Shown: positions 14,291 to 28,570 of the stretch, in pieces | How the letters are laid out: each line of letters starts with the position of its first letter | How positions within the stretch are numbered: the stretch's first letter is position 1 | NCBI GenBank assembly: GCA_964016885.1 | Contig: OZ024741.1 | Span: 55,428,001 to 55,492,000 of the forward strand | Length of the DNA stretch: 64,000 nucleotides | Direction of reading: 5' to 3' | Source: Eledone cirrhosa | Lineage: Eukaryota | Position numbers and translations under genes: made by a program | The notes under the pieces: model-generated | The model's database searches: none | What the model was told of the DNA's origin: nothing | What the model saw: the letters and a program-made list of their open reading frames with translations, nothing else

Positions 14291-14499
14291 TTTCTGATTA
14301 AGGCACAAGGCCAACAATTTTGTGGGAGGGGAAAGTCGATTAAATCAACCCTAGTGCATTACTGGTACTTTATTTTATCGACCCCGTAAGGATGAAAGAC
14401 AAAGCTAACTTCGGCGGGATTTGAACTAAGAACTTAAAGGCTCGTAACTCTATGCCACAAAGTTTGTTGTCAGACGCTCTACCGAATCTGCCAATCCAG
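14291..14499 (-). mobile_element. SINE family 1
   Basis: Reverse complement of the same consensus, including box A/B. Confidence 0.8.
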
Positions 14500-14958
14500 T
14501 AAAGTAACTAACCTTTTCTTTATTCATTAGCTAATAAAGAAATCATTATTTAGCTGATGTTTGGAACATTATTAAGAAAACGTTCTTATATAAAACTATG
14601 TTTTAAAATGGGCAGCCTTCTGTGGTAGAACTACGAGTGCTTTCTAAAGGTTTGGTATCAAAACACTGAAGAACGCAGAGCACCTCTCTGTCAAGTGTTC
14701 AAACACACAATCTGACGATCCTTAGCGCATCACCGTAACCACTGTTCCGCGTGTCTTCCCGCGCATCTTTAGTGCATTCTCATTAATCATTTACTTCCCC
14801 TAGAAAAGCTCCCGCCAACCCCTCCACTCCAAACCATTCATTCTAAGAACGCTCATTAGTTATTTACCATATACATGTAGAAATGTTCTTTTCATACACA
14901 TTTTAAGTCTTCCTTATTTCTACAATTTTATATATTTATATATTTATCTCATATCTAC

Positions 14959-15008
<50 letters not shown>

Positions 15009-15317
15009 TATATATATAGTGAGAGAGTAAAGAATAACACGGCTGGCTGTACAAAAAGAGTTTTATCTGCAGTATTAACAATTGTTTCATTGATCAGGTG
15101 AGTCTAAAGGACGCTAATCACTCGAAATTGCGTCACTCGCAATTATATATTATATATATATTAGTCTTGGAAACAACTGAAACTACAATGATCCCTAGAA
15201 AACAGCCGATGAGCCGGAATTATCCATTGCTCCTTTCTTCTGAGTTTCTTCTTTCCTATACTTTTTCTACTTGTTATGTATATCTAAATTTATAGATTGT
15301 AACTCAGCAGCATTATT

Positions 15318-15507
15318 CGGTGAATAGGCAGTGTCGGTAGAGGGTTGGACGCCATGTTTTCTAGCATAGTTACGTCCATCTACAGTCTGAGTTCAAATCC
15401 CGCCGAGGTTAACTTTGCCTTTCATCCTTACGGGGTCGATAAAATAAAGTACCAGTCATGTACTGGGTAATTTCTGGCCTTGTGCCTAAAGTAGAAACAA
15501 TTATTAG
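15318..15507 (+). mobile_element. SINE family 1, full length
   Basis: Box A TAGGCAGTGTCGG, box B GAGTTCAAATCC, conserved body. Confidence 0.85.
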
Positions 15508-15692
15508 TGTCAGGCGTGATTTAGTTATTCTCCAGTCTTTCAGTGTTAGACATACTTTAATCGTAGGTTATAAGACATCTCCTGATGACACGGCAACGTG
15601 AAATTTCCAGAGCGACTCACTCACATAAAACATTGAATAAACCTACACACACACGTATATGTGTGTGTGGGTGTGTATGTGTGTGTGTGTTA

Positions 15693-15724
<32 letters not shown>

Positions 15725-15759
15725 GTGTGTGTGTGAGTGTGTGTGTATAAATATATACA

Positions 15760-15797
<38 letters not shown>

Positions 15798-15992
15798 TAA
15801 AGTTAGTCCTTCATCAGTGATCTTCCAACCATCATTGGTATTTCATCGCTTTAAAGACCATATACCTCCGTAAATAAGGGGAACGAGCGAGAATGTAAAC
15901 AAACAAAGATGGTAAAGCAACGAAAAGTGAGGAAGAAAGAGTCAAGTCCTAGATTTCTATGAATATAAGTTCGGTAAAATCGTATATATATA

Positions 15993-16173
15993 CAGTGAAT
16001 TGGCAGTAGGTAGAGGGTCGGACGGCATGCTTTGCAGCAAAGTGTCACGTCCCTTTATGATCTGAGTTCAAATCCCGCCGGGGTTAACTTTGCCTTTCAT
16101 CCTTGCGGGGTCGATAGAATAAAGTACCAGTAATACACTGAAATAATTGCTGGCCTTGTGCCAAAAGTAGAAA

Positions 16174-16176
<3 letters not shown>
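15993..16176 (+). mobile_element. SINE family 1, full length
   Basis: Same consensus. Confidence 0.85.
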
Positions 16177-16224
<48 letters not shown>

Positions 16225-16371
16225 CAGAAAGTAAAATTAGAAACTTTCGCCGTATTTTTGACTAAAGAAATGTTAGCCTGATAAAATTATATATATACAT
16301 ATATATATATACATATATATACATATATATATATATTGTACAGCCAACCATGTTACTCTTCACTCTTTCAC

Positions 16372-16418
<47 letters not shown>

Positions 16419-16949
16419 GTGGGTGTGTGTGTGTATATGTGAGTATGCATGTAAATATATATATAGAGAGATGTATATCTATTTGTATAAACACACACAA
16501 ACGCGCACATATATGTATTCATATGTATATATATGTATATATATATATACAGTATATATATATATATATGTGTATGTGTGCGTGTGTGTTTGTGTGTGTG
16601 TGTGTGTGTTTATATATATATATAGATACATATATATACATTCCCTAACAATAGAGTAGTCATGGTTGGGAAAGTGAGAGTGACGTCATCGCTCTCTGTT
16701 GCTTTGATGACTTCGCCATACATTTATGGCAGCCTCTACTTATGTATATGTGTGTACGTGTCATGAGTATGTATATTGGTTTCTGCACACGTGCAAGTAT
16801 ATGTGTACGACGTTTTGTGTATGTATGTAATAATATGAGTGTGCAGTATTTTGTAGATATATGTATGTTATTGTGCATATATGTGTATATGTATAATAGG
16901 TATGTACGTATGTATGTAATGTATGCATGCATGGGATGCTCTCTCAGCA

Positions 16950-17018
16950 TGTATGCTATATATATATATGTATGTACATATATATATATATATACACACA
17001 TATATATATGTATGTATG

Positions 17019-17050
<32 letters not shown>

Positions 17051-17155
17051 TATATATGTATGTACATATATATATATATAAACACATATATATGTATGTA
17101 TGTACATATATATATATATATACACACACACATATATATATATACATATATATAT

Positions 17156-17186
<31 letters not shown>

Positions 17187-17487
17187 CATATATATATATA
17201 CACATATATATATATTTACATATATATATACACATATGTATATATGTACATATATATTCATGTATATATATGTACATATATATATGTACACATATATATA
17301 TGTACATATATATATATATACACATAAATATATATATATATAGATAGATATATACATATGTACATACATATATACACACACATATTTATATATATATATA
17401 CATACATAAATATATACATATATACACATATATATATATATACATATATATATATACACACATATATATATATATATACATTTCTAT

Positions 17488-17527
<40 letters not shown>

Positions 17528-17618
17528 ACATAAATACATACATATATATATGTGTGTGTCTATACATACATATATATATATATATATACATACATATATA
17601 CATATGTGTACTTACTTA

Positions 17619-17660
<42 letters not shown>

Positions 17661-17692
17661 ATCCCCTAACAATAGTCTTATATATACATATA

Positions 17693-17730
<38 letters not shown>
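16950..17730. repeat. (AT)n/(AC)n degenerate microsatellite field
   Basis: Read directly from the sequence. Confidence 0.9.
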
Positions 17731-17732
<2 letters not shown>

Positions 17733-18144
17733 GCCAGTGCATGTGGCTGTGTTTGTAGATAGAATATAACAATTATAAGTGACATAGGTTGTTTATGTTA
17801 CCCAGTACCGTGTCACAGTTTGATATATTATATCTACAGATGTAAACAGTATTAAGGCTGCCCTCACCCGCTGCTCAATGGCTGTTCTTCAACTTACCCC
17901 ACAACTCGGCATTCCTTACCTCATGCAAACCAGTTTCGATTTCGACTGAAAGCTTGGATCCTTCTTTTGTTGTTTGTTATATTCTTATTATTTACAAATG
18001 TCCCCAACTGCTCCGAAGGTTACCAGTCCCGGACTGTGGTCCATTCTCTCTCTTTCTTTCACTTTCTCTCTCTCTCTCCCTTACTCACTCCCATTCTCTC
18101 TCTACCTCATTCTCCCTATATATTCCTATCTTACGTCTCTGTCA

Positions 18145-18212
<68 letters not shown>

Positions 18213-18532
18213 GCCTATTTATTCCTCTCTTACCACATCTGTCCTTCTCCCTCTCTCTCTCTTTCTTTCTCTCACTCTCTCTCTTTCTTTCTCTCCCTCT
18301 CCCTCCCCTACCTATCTAGTCCTCTCCTACCGTCTCTATCCTCCTCTCTCTCTTCTCCCTGGAAGATACTATACACACACAGTTTTATATAGACACACAC
18401 ACCTATATATATATACACACATACACACACATGAGGAACAGTGAGGTGTACCTGATTATACAACTGCAACTGACATGATATTGTTGAAAACATGATGATG
18501 ATGATGATGATATAAATAACTGATAGTAGAGT

Positions 18533-18800
18533 TAGTGGTCTAGTGGTTAGGGTGTTGGACTTGCGATCATAATGTTGTGGGTTCGATACCTGAACTACGT
18601 TGTGTGTTGTGTTCTTGAGCAAAACACTTTATTTCACTTTATTGCTCCAGTATACTCAGCTAAGATTGAGTACCAGAAAAACCTGTGGATTTAACCATAT
18701 GATGGACAGGCGTCCTGGTGTACTGTCAGTCGCTTAATGCCACAGAAAATGGGATAAGCACTGACCTGAAAGCCTTGGGCTCGTGACAGACTTTAGACTT
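18533..18800 (+). mobile_element. tRNA-derived SINE family 2
   Basis: Box A TGGTCTAGTGG, box B GGTTCGATACC, body GTGTTCTTGAGCAAAACACTTTATTTCAC. Degenerate minus-strand relatives at ~26900-27015 and ~27630-27735. Confidence 0.7.
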
Positions 18801-18930
18801 CAGAAGGCCCCTTTGGTCTTCACTGGTTAGAGGTTATAGCATCCTTGACTAACTGACGATGAGTTTGCCTCTCCAAGGAAGAGACATGAACTGTGTGTTT
18901 TGTGGATGACCAAAAGTTTTGCATGACTCT

Positions 18931-21900
18931 TCTAGGCTCACCACAGTTGTTGTCCTAGCCTCACCACCGTCTTTATCCTAGCCTCACCACCGTCTTTATC
19001 CTAGCCTCACCACCGTCTTTATCCTAGCCTCACCACCGTCTTTATCCTAGCCTCACCACCGTCTTTATCCTAGCCTCACCACCGTCTTTATCCTAGCCTC
19101 ACCACCGTCTTTATCCTAGCCTCACCACCGTCTTTATCCTAGCCTCACCACCGTCTTTATCCTAGCCTCACCACCGTCTTTATCCTAGCCTCACCACCGT
19201 CTTTATCCTAGCCTCACCACCGTCTTTATCCTAGCCTCACCACCGTCTTTATCCTAGCCTCACCACCGTCTTTATCCTAGCCTCACCACCGTCTTTATCC
19301 TAGCCTCACCACCATAGTTGTTGTCCTAGCCTCACCACCGTCGTTGTCCTAGCCTCACCACCGTCTTTATCCTAGCCTCACCACCATAGTTGTTATCCTA
19401 GCCTCACCACCGTCTTTATCCTAGCCTCACCACCGTCGTTGTCCTAGCCTCACCACCATAGTTGTTGTCCTAGCCTCACCACCGTCGTTGTCCTAGCCTC
19501 ACCACCGTCGTTGTCCTAGCCTCACCACCATAGTTGTTGTCCTAGCCTCACCACCGTCTTTATCCTAGCCTCACCACCGTCGTTGTCCTAGCCTCACCAC
19601 CGTCGTTGTCCTAGCCTCACCACCCTCTTTATCCTATCCTCACCACCGTCGTTGTCCTAGCCTCACCACCCTCTTTATCCTATCCTCAACACCATTGTTG
19701 TCCTAGCCTCACCACAGTTGCTGTCCTAGCCTAACCACCGTCGTTGTCCTAGCCTCACCACCGTCTTCATCCTAGCCTCACCACCGTCTTTATCCTAGCC
19801 TCACCACCGTCGTTGTCCTAGCCTCACCACCGTCGTTGTCCTAGCCTCACCACCGTCTTCATCCTAGCCTCACCACCGTCGTTGTCCTAGCCTCACCACC
19901 GTCGTTGTCCTAGCCTCACCCCCGTCGTTGTCCTAGCCTCACCACCGTCTTTATCCTAGCATCACCACCGTCGTTGTCCTAGCCTCACCACCGTCTTCAT
20001 CCTAGCCTCACCACCGTCTTTATCCTAGCCTCACCACCGTCGTTGTCCTAGCCTCACCACCGTCGTTGTCCTAGCCTCACCCCCGTCGTTGTCCTAGCCT
20101 CACCACCGTCTTTATCCTAGCATCACCACCGTCGTTGTCCTAGCCTCACCACCATTGTTGTCCTAACCTCACCACCGTCGTTGTCCTAGCCTCACCACAG
20201 TTGTTGACCTAGCCTCACCACCGTCGTTGTCCTAGCCTCACCACCGTCGTTGTCCTAGCCTCACCACCATCTTCATCCTAGCCTCACCACCGTCTTTATC
20301 CTAGCCTCACCACCGTCGTTGTCCTAGCCTCACCACGGTCGTTGTCCTAGCCTCACCACCGTCGTTGTCCTAGCCTCACCACCATTGTTGTCTTAGTCTC
20401 ACCACCGTTGTTGTCCTAGCCTCACCACCGTCGTTGTCCTAGCCTCACCACCGTCTTCATCCTAGCCTCACCACCGTCTTTATCCTAGCCTCACCACCGT
20501 CGTTGTCCTAGCCTCACCACCATTGTTGTCTTAGTCTCACCACCGTTGTTGTCCTAGCCTCACCACCGTCTTTGTCCTAGCCTCACCACCGTCGTTGTCC
20601 TAGCCTCACTACAGTTGTTGTCCTAGCCTCACCACCATCGTTGTCCTAGCCTCACTACCGTCGTTGTCCTAGCCTCACCACCATTGTTGTCTTAGTCTCA
20701 CCACCGTTGTTGTCCTAGCCTCACCACCGTCTTTATCCTAGCCTCACCACCGTCGTTGTCCTAGCCTCACCACCGTCGTTGTCCTAGCCTCACTACCGTC
20801 GTTGTCCTAGTCTCACTACAAATGTTGTCCTAGACTCACCATAGTTGTTGCCCTAGCCTCATCACCGTCGTTGTCCTAGCCTCACCATAGTTGTTGTCCT
20901 AGCCTCACCACCGTCTTTATCCTAGCCTCACCACCGTCGTTGTCCTAGCCTCACCACCGTCGTTGACCTAGCCTCACTACCGTCGTTGTCCTAGCCTCAC
21001 CACCATAGTTGTTGTCCTAGCCTCGCCACCATTGTTGTCCTAGCCTCACCATCGTCGTTGTCCTAGCCGCACTACCATTGTTGTCCTAGTCTCACCACCG
21101 TTGTTGTCCTAGCCTCACCACCGTCGTTGTCCTAGCCTCACCACCGTCGTTGTCCTAGCCACACCACCGTCGTTGTCCTAGTCTCACCACCGTCGTTGTC
21201 CTAGCCACACTACCATTGTTGTCCTAGCCTCACCACCGTCGTTGTCCTAGCCTCACCACCATTGTTGTCCTAGCCTCACCATAGTTGTTGTCCTAGCCTC
21301 ACCACCGTCTTTATCCTAACCTCACCACCGTCTTTATCCTAGCCTCACCACCGTCGTTGTCCTAGCCTCACCACAGTTGTTGTCCTAGCCTCACCACCGT
21401 CGTTGTCCTAGCCTCACCACAGTTGTTGTCCTAGCCTCACCACAGTTGTTGTCCTAGCCTCACCACCGTCTTTATCCTAACCTCACCACCGTCTTTATCC
21501 TAGCCTCACCACCGTCGTTGTCCTAGCCTCACCACAGTTGTTGTCCTAGCCTCACCACAGTTGTTGTCCTAGCCTCACCACCGTCGTTGTCCTAGCCTCA
21601 CCACAGTTGTTGTCCTAGCCTCACCACCGTCGTTGTCCTAGCCTCACTACCGTCGTTGTCCTAGCCTCACCACCATAGTTGTTGTCCTAGCCTCGCCACC
21701 ATTGTTGTCCTAGACTCACCATCGTCGTTGTCCTAGCCGCACTACCATTGTTGTCCTAGTCTCACCACCGTTGTTGTCCTAGCCTCACCACCGTCGTTGT
21801 CCTAGCCTCACCACCGTCGTTGTCCTAGCCTCACCACCGTCTTCATCCTCGCCTCACCACCGTCTTTATCCTAGCCTCACCACCGTCGTTGTCCTAGCCT

Positions 21901-24900
21901 CACCACCGTCGTTGTCCTAGCCTCACTACCGTCGTTGTCCTAGCCTCACCACAGTTGTTGTCCTAGCCTCACCCCCGTCGTTGTCCTAGCCTCACCACCG
22001 TCTTTATCCTAGCCTCACCACCGTCGTTGTCCTAGCCTCACCACCGTCGTTGTCCTAGCCTCACCACCGTCTTTATCCTAGCCTCACTACCGTCGTTGTC
22101 CTAGCCTCAACACCATAGTTGTTGTCCTAGCCTCACCACCGTCGTTGTACTAGCCTCACCACGGTCGTTGTCCTAGCTTCACCACCGTCGTTGTCCTAGC
22201 ATCACCACCGTCGTTGTCCTAGCCTCACCACCATTGTTGTCCTAGCCTCACCACAGTTGTTATCCTAGCCTCAACACAGTTGTTGTCCTAGCCTCACCAC
22301 CGTCGTTGTCCTAGCCTCACCACCGTCGTTGTCCTAGCCTCACCACAGTTGTTGTCCTAGCCTCTCTACCGTCGTTGTCCTAGCCTCACCACCATTGTTG
22401 ACCTAGCCTCACCACCGTCGTTGTCCTAGCCTCACCACAGTTGTTGTCCTAGCCTCACCACCGTCGTTGTCCTAGCCTCACCACCGTCGTTGTCCTAGCC
22501 TCACCACAGTTGTTGTCCTAGCCTCACCACCATCGTTGTCCTAGCCTCACCACCGTCGTTGTCCTAGCCTCACCACAGTTGTTGTCCTAGCCTCACCATC
22601 GTCTTTGTCCTAGCCTCGCCACAGTTGTTGTCCTAGCCTCACCACCGTCTTTATCCTAGCCTCGCCACAGTTGTTGTCCTAGCCTCGCCACAGTTGTTGT
22701 CCTACCCTCACCACCGTCTTTGTCCTAGCCTCACCACAGTTGTTGTCCTAGCCTCACCACCGTCTTTGTCCTAGCCTCACCACCGTCTTTGTCCTAGCCT
22801 CACCATAGTTGTTGTCCTAGCCTCACCACCATCTTTGTCCTAGCCTCACCACAGTTGTTGTCCTAGCCTCACCACCGTCGTTGTCCTAGCCTCACCACCG
22901 TCGTTGTCCTAGCCTCACCACCGTTGTTGTCCTAGCCTCACCACAGTTGTTGTCCTAGCCTCACCACAGTTGTTGTCCTAGCCTCACCATCGTCTTTGTC
23001 CTAGCCTCGCCACAGTTGTTGTCCTAGCCTCACCACCGTCTTTATCCTAGCCTCGCCACAGTTGTTGTCCTAGCCTCGCCACAGTTGTTGTCCTAGCCTC
23101 ACCACCGTCTTTGTCCTAGCCTCACCACAGTTGTTGTCCTAGCCTCACCACCGTCTTTGTCCTAGCCTCACCACCGTCTTTGTCCTAGCCTCACCATAGT
23201 TGTTGTCCTAGCCTCACCACCATCTTTGTCCTAGCCTCACCACAGTTGTTGTCCTAGCCTCACCACCGTCGTTGTCCTAGCCTCACCACCGTCGTTGTCC
23301 TAGCCTCACCACCGTTGTTGTCCTAGCCTCACCACAGTTGTTGTCCTAGCCTCACCACAGTTGTTGTCCTAGCCTCACCACCGTCGTTGTCCTAGCCTCA
23401 CCACCGTCGTTGTCCTAGCCTCACCACAGTTGTTGTCCTAGCCTCACTACCGTCGTTGTCCTAGCCTCACCACCATTGTTGTCCTAGCCTCACCACCGTC
23501 GTTGTCCTAGCCTCACCACAGTTGTTGTCCTAGCCTCACCACAGTTGTTGTCCTAGCCTAACCACCGTCGTTGTCCTAGCCTCACCACCGTCGTTGTCCT
23601 AGCCTCACCACCGTTGTTGTCCTAGCCTCACCACCGTCGTTGTCCTAGCCTCACCACCATCGTTGTCCTAGCCTCACCACCGTCTTCATCCTAGCCTCAC
23701 CACCGTCTTTATCCTAGCCTCACCACCGTCGTTGTCCTAGCCTCACCACCGTCGTTGTCCTAGCCTCACTACCGTCGTTGTCCTAGCCTCACCACCGTCG
23801 TTGTCCTAGCCTCACCACCGTCTTTATCCTAGCCTCACCACCGTCGTTGTCCTAGCCTCACCACCGTCGTTGTCCTAGCCTCACCATAGTTGTTGTCCTA
23901 GCCTCACCACCATTGTTGTCCTAACCTCACCACCGTCTTTATCCTAGCCTCACCACAGTTGTTGTCCTAGCCTCACCACCGTCGTTGTCCTAGCCTCACC
24001 ACCGTCGTTGTCCTAGCCTCACTACCGTCGTGGTCCTAGCCTCACTACCATTGTTGTCCTAGCCTCACATTAGTTGTTGCCCTAGCCTCACCACCGTCGT
24101 TGTCCTAGCCTCACCACAGTTGTTGTCCTAGCCTCACCACCGTCTTTATCCTAGCCTCACCACCGTCGTTGTCCTAACCTCACCACCGTCGTTGTCCTAG
24201 CCTCACTACCGTCGTTGTCCTAGCCTCACCACCATAGTTGTTGTCCTAGCCTCACCACCATTGTTGTCCTAGCCTCACCATCGTCGTTGTCCTAGCCGCA
24301 CTACCATTGTTGTCCTAGTCTCACCACCGTTGTTGTCCTAGCCTCACCACCGTCGTTGTCCTAGCCTCACCACCGTCGTTGTCCTAGCCACACCACCGTC
24401 GTTGTCCTAGTCTCACCACCGTCGTTGTCCTAGCCACACTACCATTGTTGTCCTAGCCTCACCACCGTCGTTGTCCTAGCCTCACCACCATTGTTGTCCT
24501 AGCCTCACCATAGTTGTTGTCCTAGCCTCACCACCGTCTTTATCCTAACCTCACCACCGTCTTTATCCTAGCCTCACCACCGTCGTTGTCCTAGCCTCAC
24601 CACCGTCGTTGTCCTAGCCTCACTACCGTCGTTGTCCTAGCCTCACCACCGTCGTTGTCCTAGCCTCACCACCGTCTTTATCCTAGCCTCACCACCGTCG
24701 TTGTCCTAGCCTCACCACGGTCTTTATCCTAGCTTCACCACCGTCGTTGTCCTAGCATCACCACCGTCGTTGTCCTAGCCTCACCACAGTTGTTGTCCTA
24801 GCCTCACCACAGTTGTTGTCCTAGCCTCACCACGGTCGTTGTCCTATCTTCACCACCGTCGTTGTCCTAGCCTCACCACCGTCGTTGTCCTAGCCTCACC

Positions 24901-26560
24901 ACAGTTGTTGTCCTAGCCTCTCTACCGTCGTTGTCCTAGCCTCACCACCATTGTTGACCTAGCCTCACCACCGTCGTTGTCCTAGCCTCACCACAGTTGT
25001 TGTCCTAGCCTCACCACCGTCGTTGTCCTAGCCTCACCACCGTCGTTGTCCTAGCCTCACCACAGTTGTTGTCCTAGCCTCACCACCATCGTTGTCCTAG
25101 CCTCACCACCGTCGTTGTCCTAGCCTCACCACAGTTGTTATCCTAGCCTCACCATCGTCTTTGTCCTAGCCTCGCCACAGTTGTTGTCCTAGCCTCACCA
25201 CCGTCTTTATCCTAGCCTCGCCACAGTTGTTGTCCTAGCCTCGCCACAGTTGTTGTCCTAGCCTCACCACCGTCTTTGTCCTAGCCTCACCACAGTTGTG
25301 TCCTAGCCTCACCACCGTCTTTGTCCTAGCCGCACCACAGTTGTTGTCCTAGCCTCACCACCATTGTTGTCCTAGCCTCACCACCGTCTTTGTCCTAGCC
25401 GCACCACAGTTGTTGTCCTAGCCTCACCACCATTGTTGTCCTAGCCTCACCACCGTCTTTGTCCTAGCCGCACCACAGTTGTTGTCCTAGCCTCACCACC
25501 ATTGTTGTCCTAGCATCACCACCGTCTTTGTCCTAGCCGCACCACAGTTGTTGTCCTAGCCTCACCACCATTGTTGTCCTAGCCTCACCACCGTCTTTGT
25601 CCTAGCCTCACCACCGTCGTTGTCCTAGCCTCACCACAGTTGTTGTCCTAGCCTCACCACCGTCTTTGTCCTAGCCGCACCACAGTTGTTGTCCTAGCCT
25701 CACCACCATTTTTGTCCTAGCCTCACCACAGTTGTTGTCCTAGCCTCACCACAGTTGTTGTCCTAGCCTCGCCACAGTTGTTGTCCTAGCCTCACCACAG
25801 TTGTTGTCCTAGCCTCGCCACAGTTGTTGTCCTAGCCTCACCACCGTCTTTGTCCTAGCCTCGCCACAGTTGTTGTCCTAGCCTCGCCACAGTTGTTGTC
25901 CTAGCCTCACCACAGTTGTTGTCCTAGCCTCGCCACAGTTGTTGTCCTAGCCTCACCACAGTTGTTGTCCTAGCCTCGCCACAGTTGTTGTCCTAGCCTC
26001 ACCACAGTTGTTGTCCTAGCCTCGCCACAGTTGTTGTCCTAGCCTCACCACCGTCTTTGTCCTTGCCTCGCCACAGTTGTTGTCCTAGCCTCGCCACAGT
26101 TGTTGTCCTAGCCTCACCACAGTTGTTGTCCTAGCCTCGCCACAGTTGTTGTCCTAGCCTCACCACAGTTGTTGTCCTAGCCTCGCCACAGTTGTTGTCC
26201 TAGCCTCACCACAGTTGTTGTCCTAGCCTCGCCACAGTTGTTGTCCTAGCCTCACCACAGTTGTTGTCCTAGCCTCGCCACAGTTGTTGTCCTAGCCTCA
26301 CCACAGTTGTTGTCCTAGCCTCGCCACAGTTGTTGTCCTAGCCTCACCACCGTCTTTGTCCTAGCCTCACCACAGTTGTTGTCCTAGCCTCAACACCATT
26401 GTTGTCCTAGCCTCACCACCGTCTTTGTCCTAGCCTCACTACAGTTGTTGTCCTAGCCTCACCACCATTGTTGTCCTAGCCTCACCACCGTCGTTGTCCT
26501 AGCCTCACCACCGTCGTCATCCTAGCCTCACCACCATTGTTGTCACCTCACCACAGTTGT
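18931..26560. repeat. 23-bp satellite array, ~330 units (CCTAGCCTCACCACC + GTCGTTGT/GTCTTTAT/..)
   Basis: Period 23 (18954, 18977, ...) with occasional 26-bp variants. Decays into CAC/GTT simple repeats up to ~26755. Confidence 0.97.
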
Positions 26561-26789
26561 TCGTCTCACCTCACCACCGTAATTTTCACCACCTCACCAC
26601 CGTTGTTGTCCTAGCATCACCACTGTTGTTGTCACCACCTCACCACCGTTGTTGTCCTAGCATCACCACTGTTGTTGTCACCACCACACCACCGCTGTTG
26701 TCCTCACCACCTCACCGTCTTTCTCCTAACCACACCACCGTTGTTGTTGTTGTTGAAGTGAAAATTCAATAATGATTAGACATTGGCAG

Positions 26790-26882
26790 AAATGACGTCG
26801 CAATAACTTTGCAAAGACGTCGCAATGACGTTGCAATCACGTTGAAATAACGTTGCAGTAACGTTAACGTTTCAATGACGTG
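26790..26882. repeat. Diverged 11-bp tandem repeat (AATGACGTTGC)
   Basis: About 8 imperfect units. Confidence 0.7.
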
Positions 26883-27020
26883 TCAACCCATGTCTACCAG
26901 CTGTGTAGAGTGGAGAACCGAGAAATACAGTGGCTTGTTTCAATGACCAGCGTTCAGCTCAAACCGAGAACCCAACTTAATACTTTATGATCCTGAGCCC
27001 AACAACTAAGCCACACGTTT

Positions 27021-27158
27021 TCTTAAGATAATATATTCGTAAGAATATATATATTCTTAAGAATATATATATTCTTAAGAATATATATATTCTTAAGAAT
27101 ATATATATTCTTAAGAATATATATATTCGTAAGAATATATATATTCTTAAGAATATAT
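27021..27158. repeat. Tandem array of an 18-bp self-complementary unit (AAGAATATATATATTCTT)
   Basis: Period 18; the unit equals its own reverse complement. Confidence 0.9.
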
Positions 27159-27761
27159 TTTTTTATCGCGTTTGTAAAATAAGTTGGATTACTTTGAATA
27201 AATAATGAACGAATATTACATAATTTATCTGCTAAATTTCGAAACTTTTGATTAAGTATATTTTATTGTTTATTTAAAGATTCACTTCTTTAAATTTTTC
27301 AAATGTCAACGATTCCGGTTAGCGATCGCTTAAATAAACATTCATATATTTCCGTCACTAATTTTCTCCTAATGCAGTTTATATATAATATCGTCTTTTT
27401 TAAATGTATCATGGATTACGTTACTTTCGTTCAATTTCTGTGTATATTGTCAATTACAATTTTATTTGATGTATCATATCTACATGTATATATACTTGCG
27501 TATAATATCATCACACATGCAGAAAACCACCCGAAGGGTGGTTTTTCAGCTAGTTTTTATAATAAAACTAAAATGTACAGAATATATCACTGCCACAGAA
27601 TGTGACAAGGCTGGCTTGTCGAATTAGAGATACAACTCCTTTTTGCCAGCTGAGTGGACTTCAGCAACGTGAAATAGAGTCTCTTGCTTAACGTTGTAAG
27701 CCGAAGACTATAACCACAAGGCCACGCGCCTTCACATAAATACATACATACATACACAAGA

Positions 27762-27937
<176 letters not shown>

Positions 27938-28060
27938 TTATATATATATATGTGTGTGTGTGTGTCAGCTACAGAGAAATGTTCAAAAGACAATATCCCT
28001 ATTGTTTCACAGTATGATATATTTTATGTATATTTTCTCTCTTTCTCTCCCGCTTCTCTC

Positions 28061-28114
<54 letters not shown>

Positions 28115-28380
28115 AGAGAGAAAGTCTGGTTCCGGTGTACCACTCTATCCCTATCCAGAGAGAAGAGCCTACTGTCAGTGGAACGGAAGTCTGCAAGAAA
28201 TGAAGACGATCCAACATAAGGAAGTGTTCTTAATGTCGAAAGTGTTTGAAACTTCAGTGGCGATGGCGGTGTTTGTGTTGGTAGTCTTGTTTGTTGAATG
28301 TTCTTTGGTGGCCACGGTGTTGGTGGTGTTTAATGTCATGTGTGTGTGTGGCTTTGTCTGTCGTAAGTGTATTTTGGTGC

Positions 28381-28470
<90 letters not shown>

Positions 28471-28512
28471 ATAACAGGAGGCTGGACTGGTGTAATTCCT
28501 TAAAGGTTTATT

Positions 28513-28570
28513 ATACTATGAACATTTCAATGACCGGGTTCAGTATGAATCCGGTGACATCATCAGGTAT
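28513..28570 (-). ncRNA. Type I hammerhead ribozyme in an orphan pLTR-like fragment
   Basis: ATAC-CTGATGA-TGTC ACCGGATTCA TAC TGAACCCGGT CATT-GAAA-TG TT CA-TA-GTAT. Confidence 0.75.

Noticed and set aside
14662-14720. CTGAAGA and CTGACGA hammerhead cores
   Set aside because: No GAAA/UH in the right positions.
18533-18600. tRNA gene
   Set aside because: It has box A/B but no complete cloverleaf and continues into a SINE body.
18931-26560. CRISPR-like array (constant 15-mer + variable 8-mer)
   Set aside because: The variable part is only 8-11 nt and recycles a handful of related variants. There are no cas genes and the context is eukaryotic. It is a satellite.
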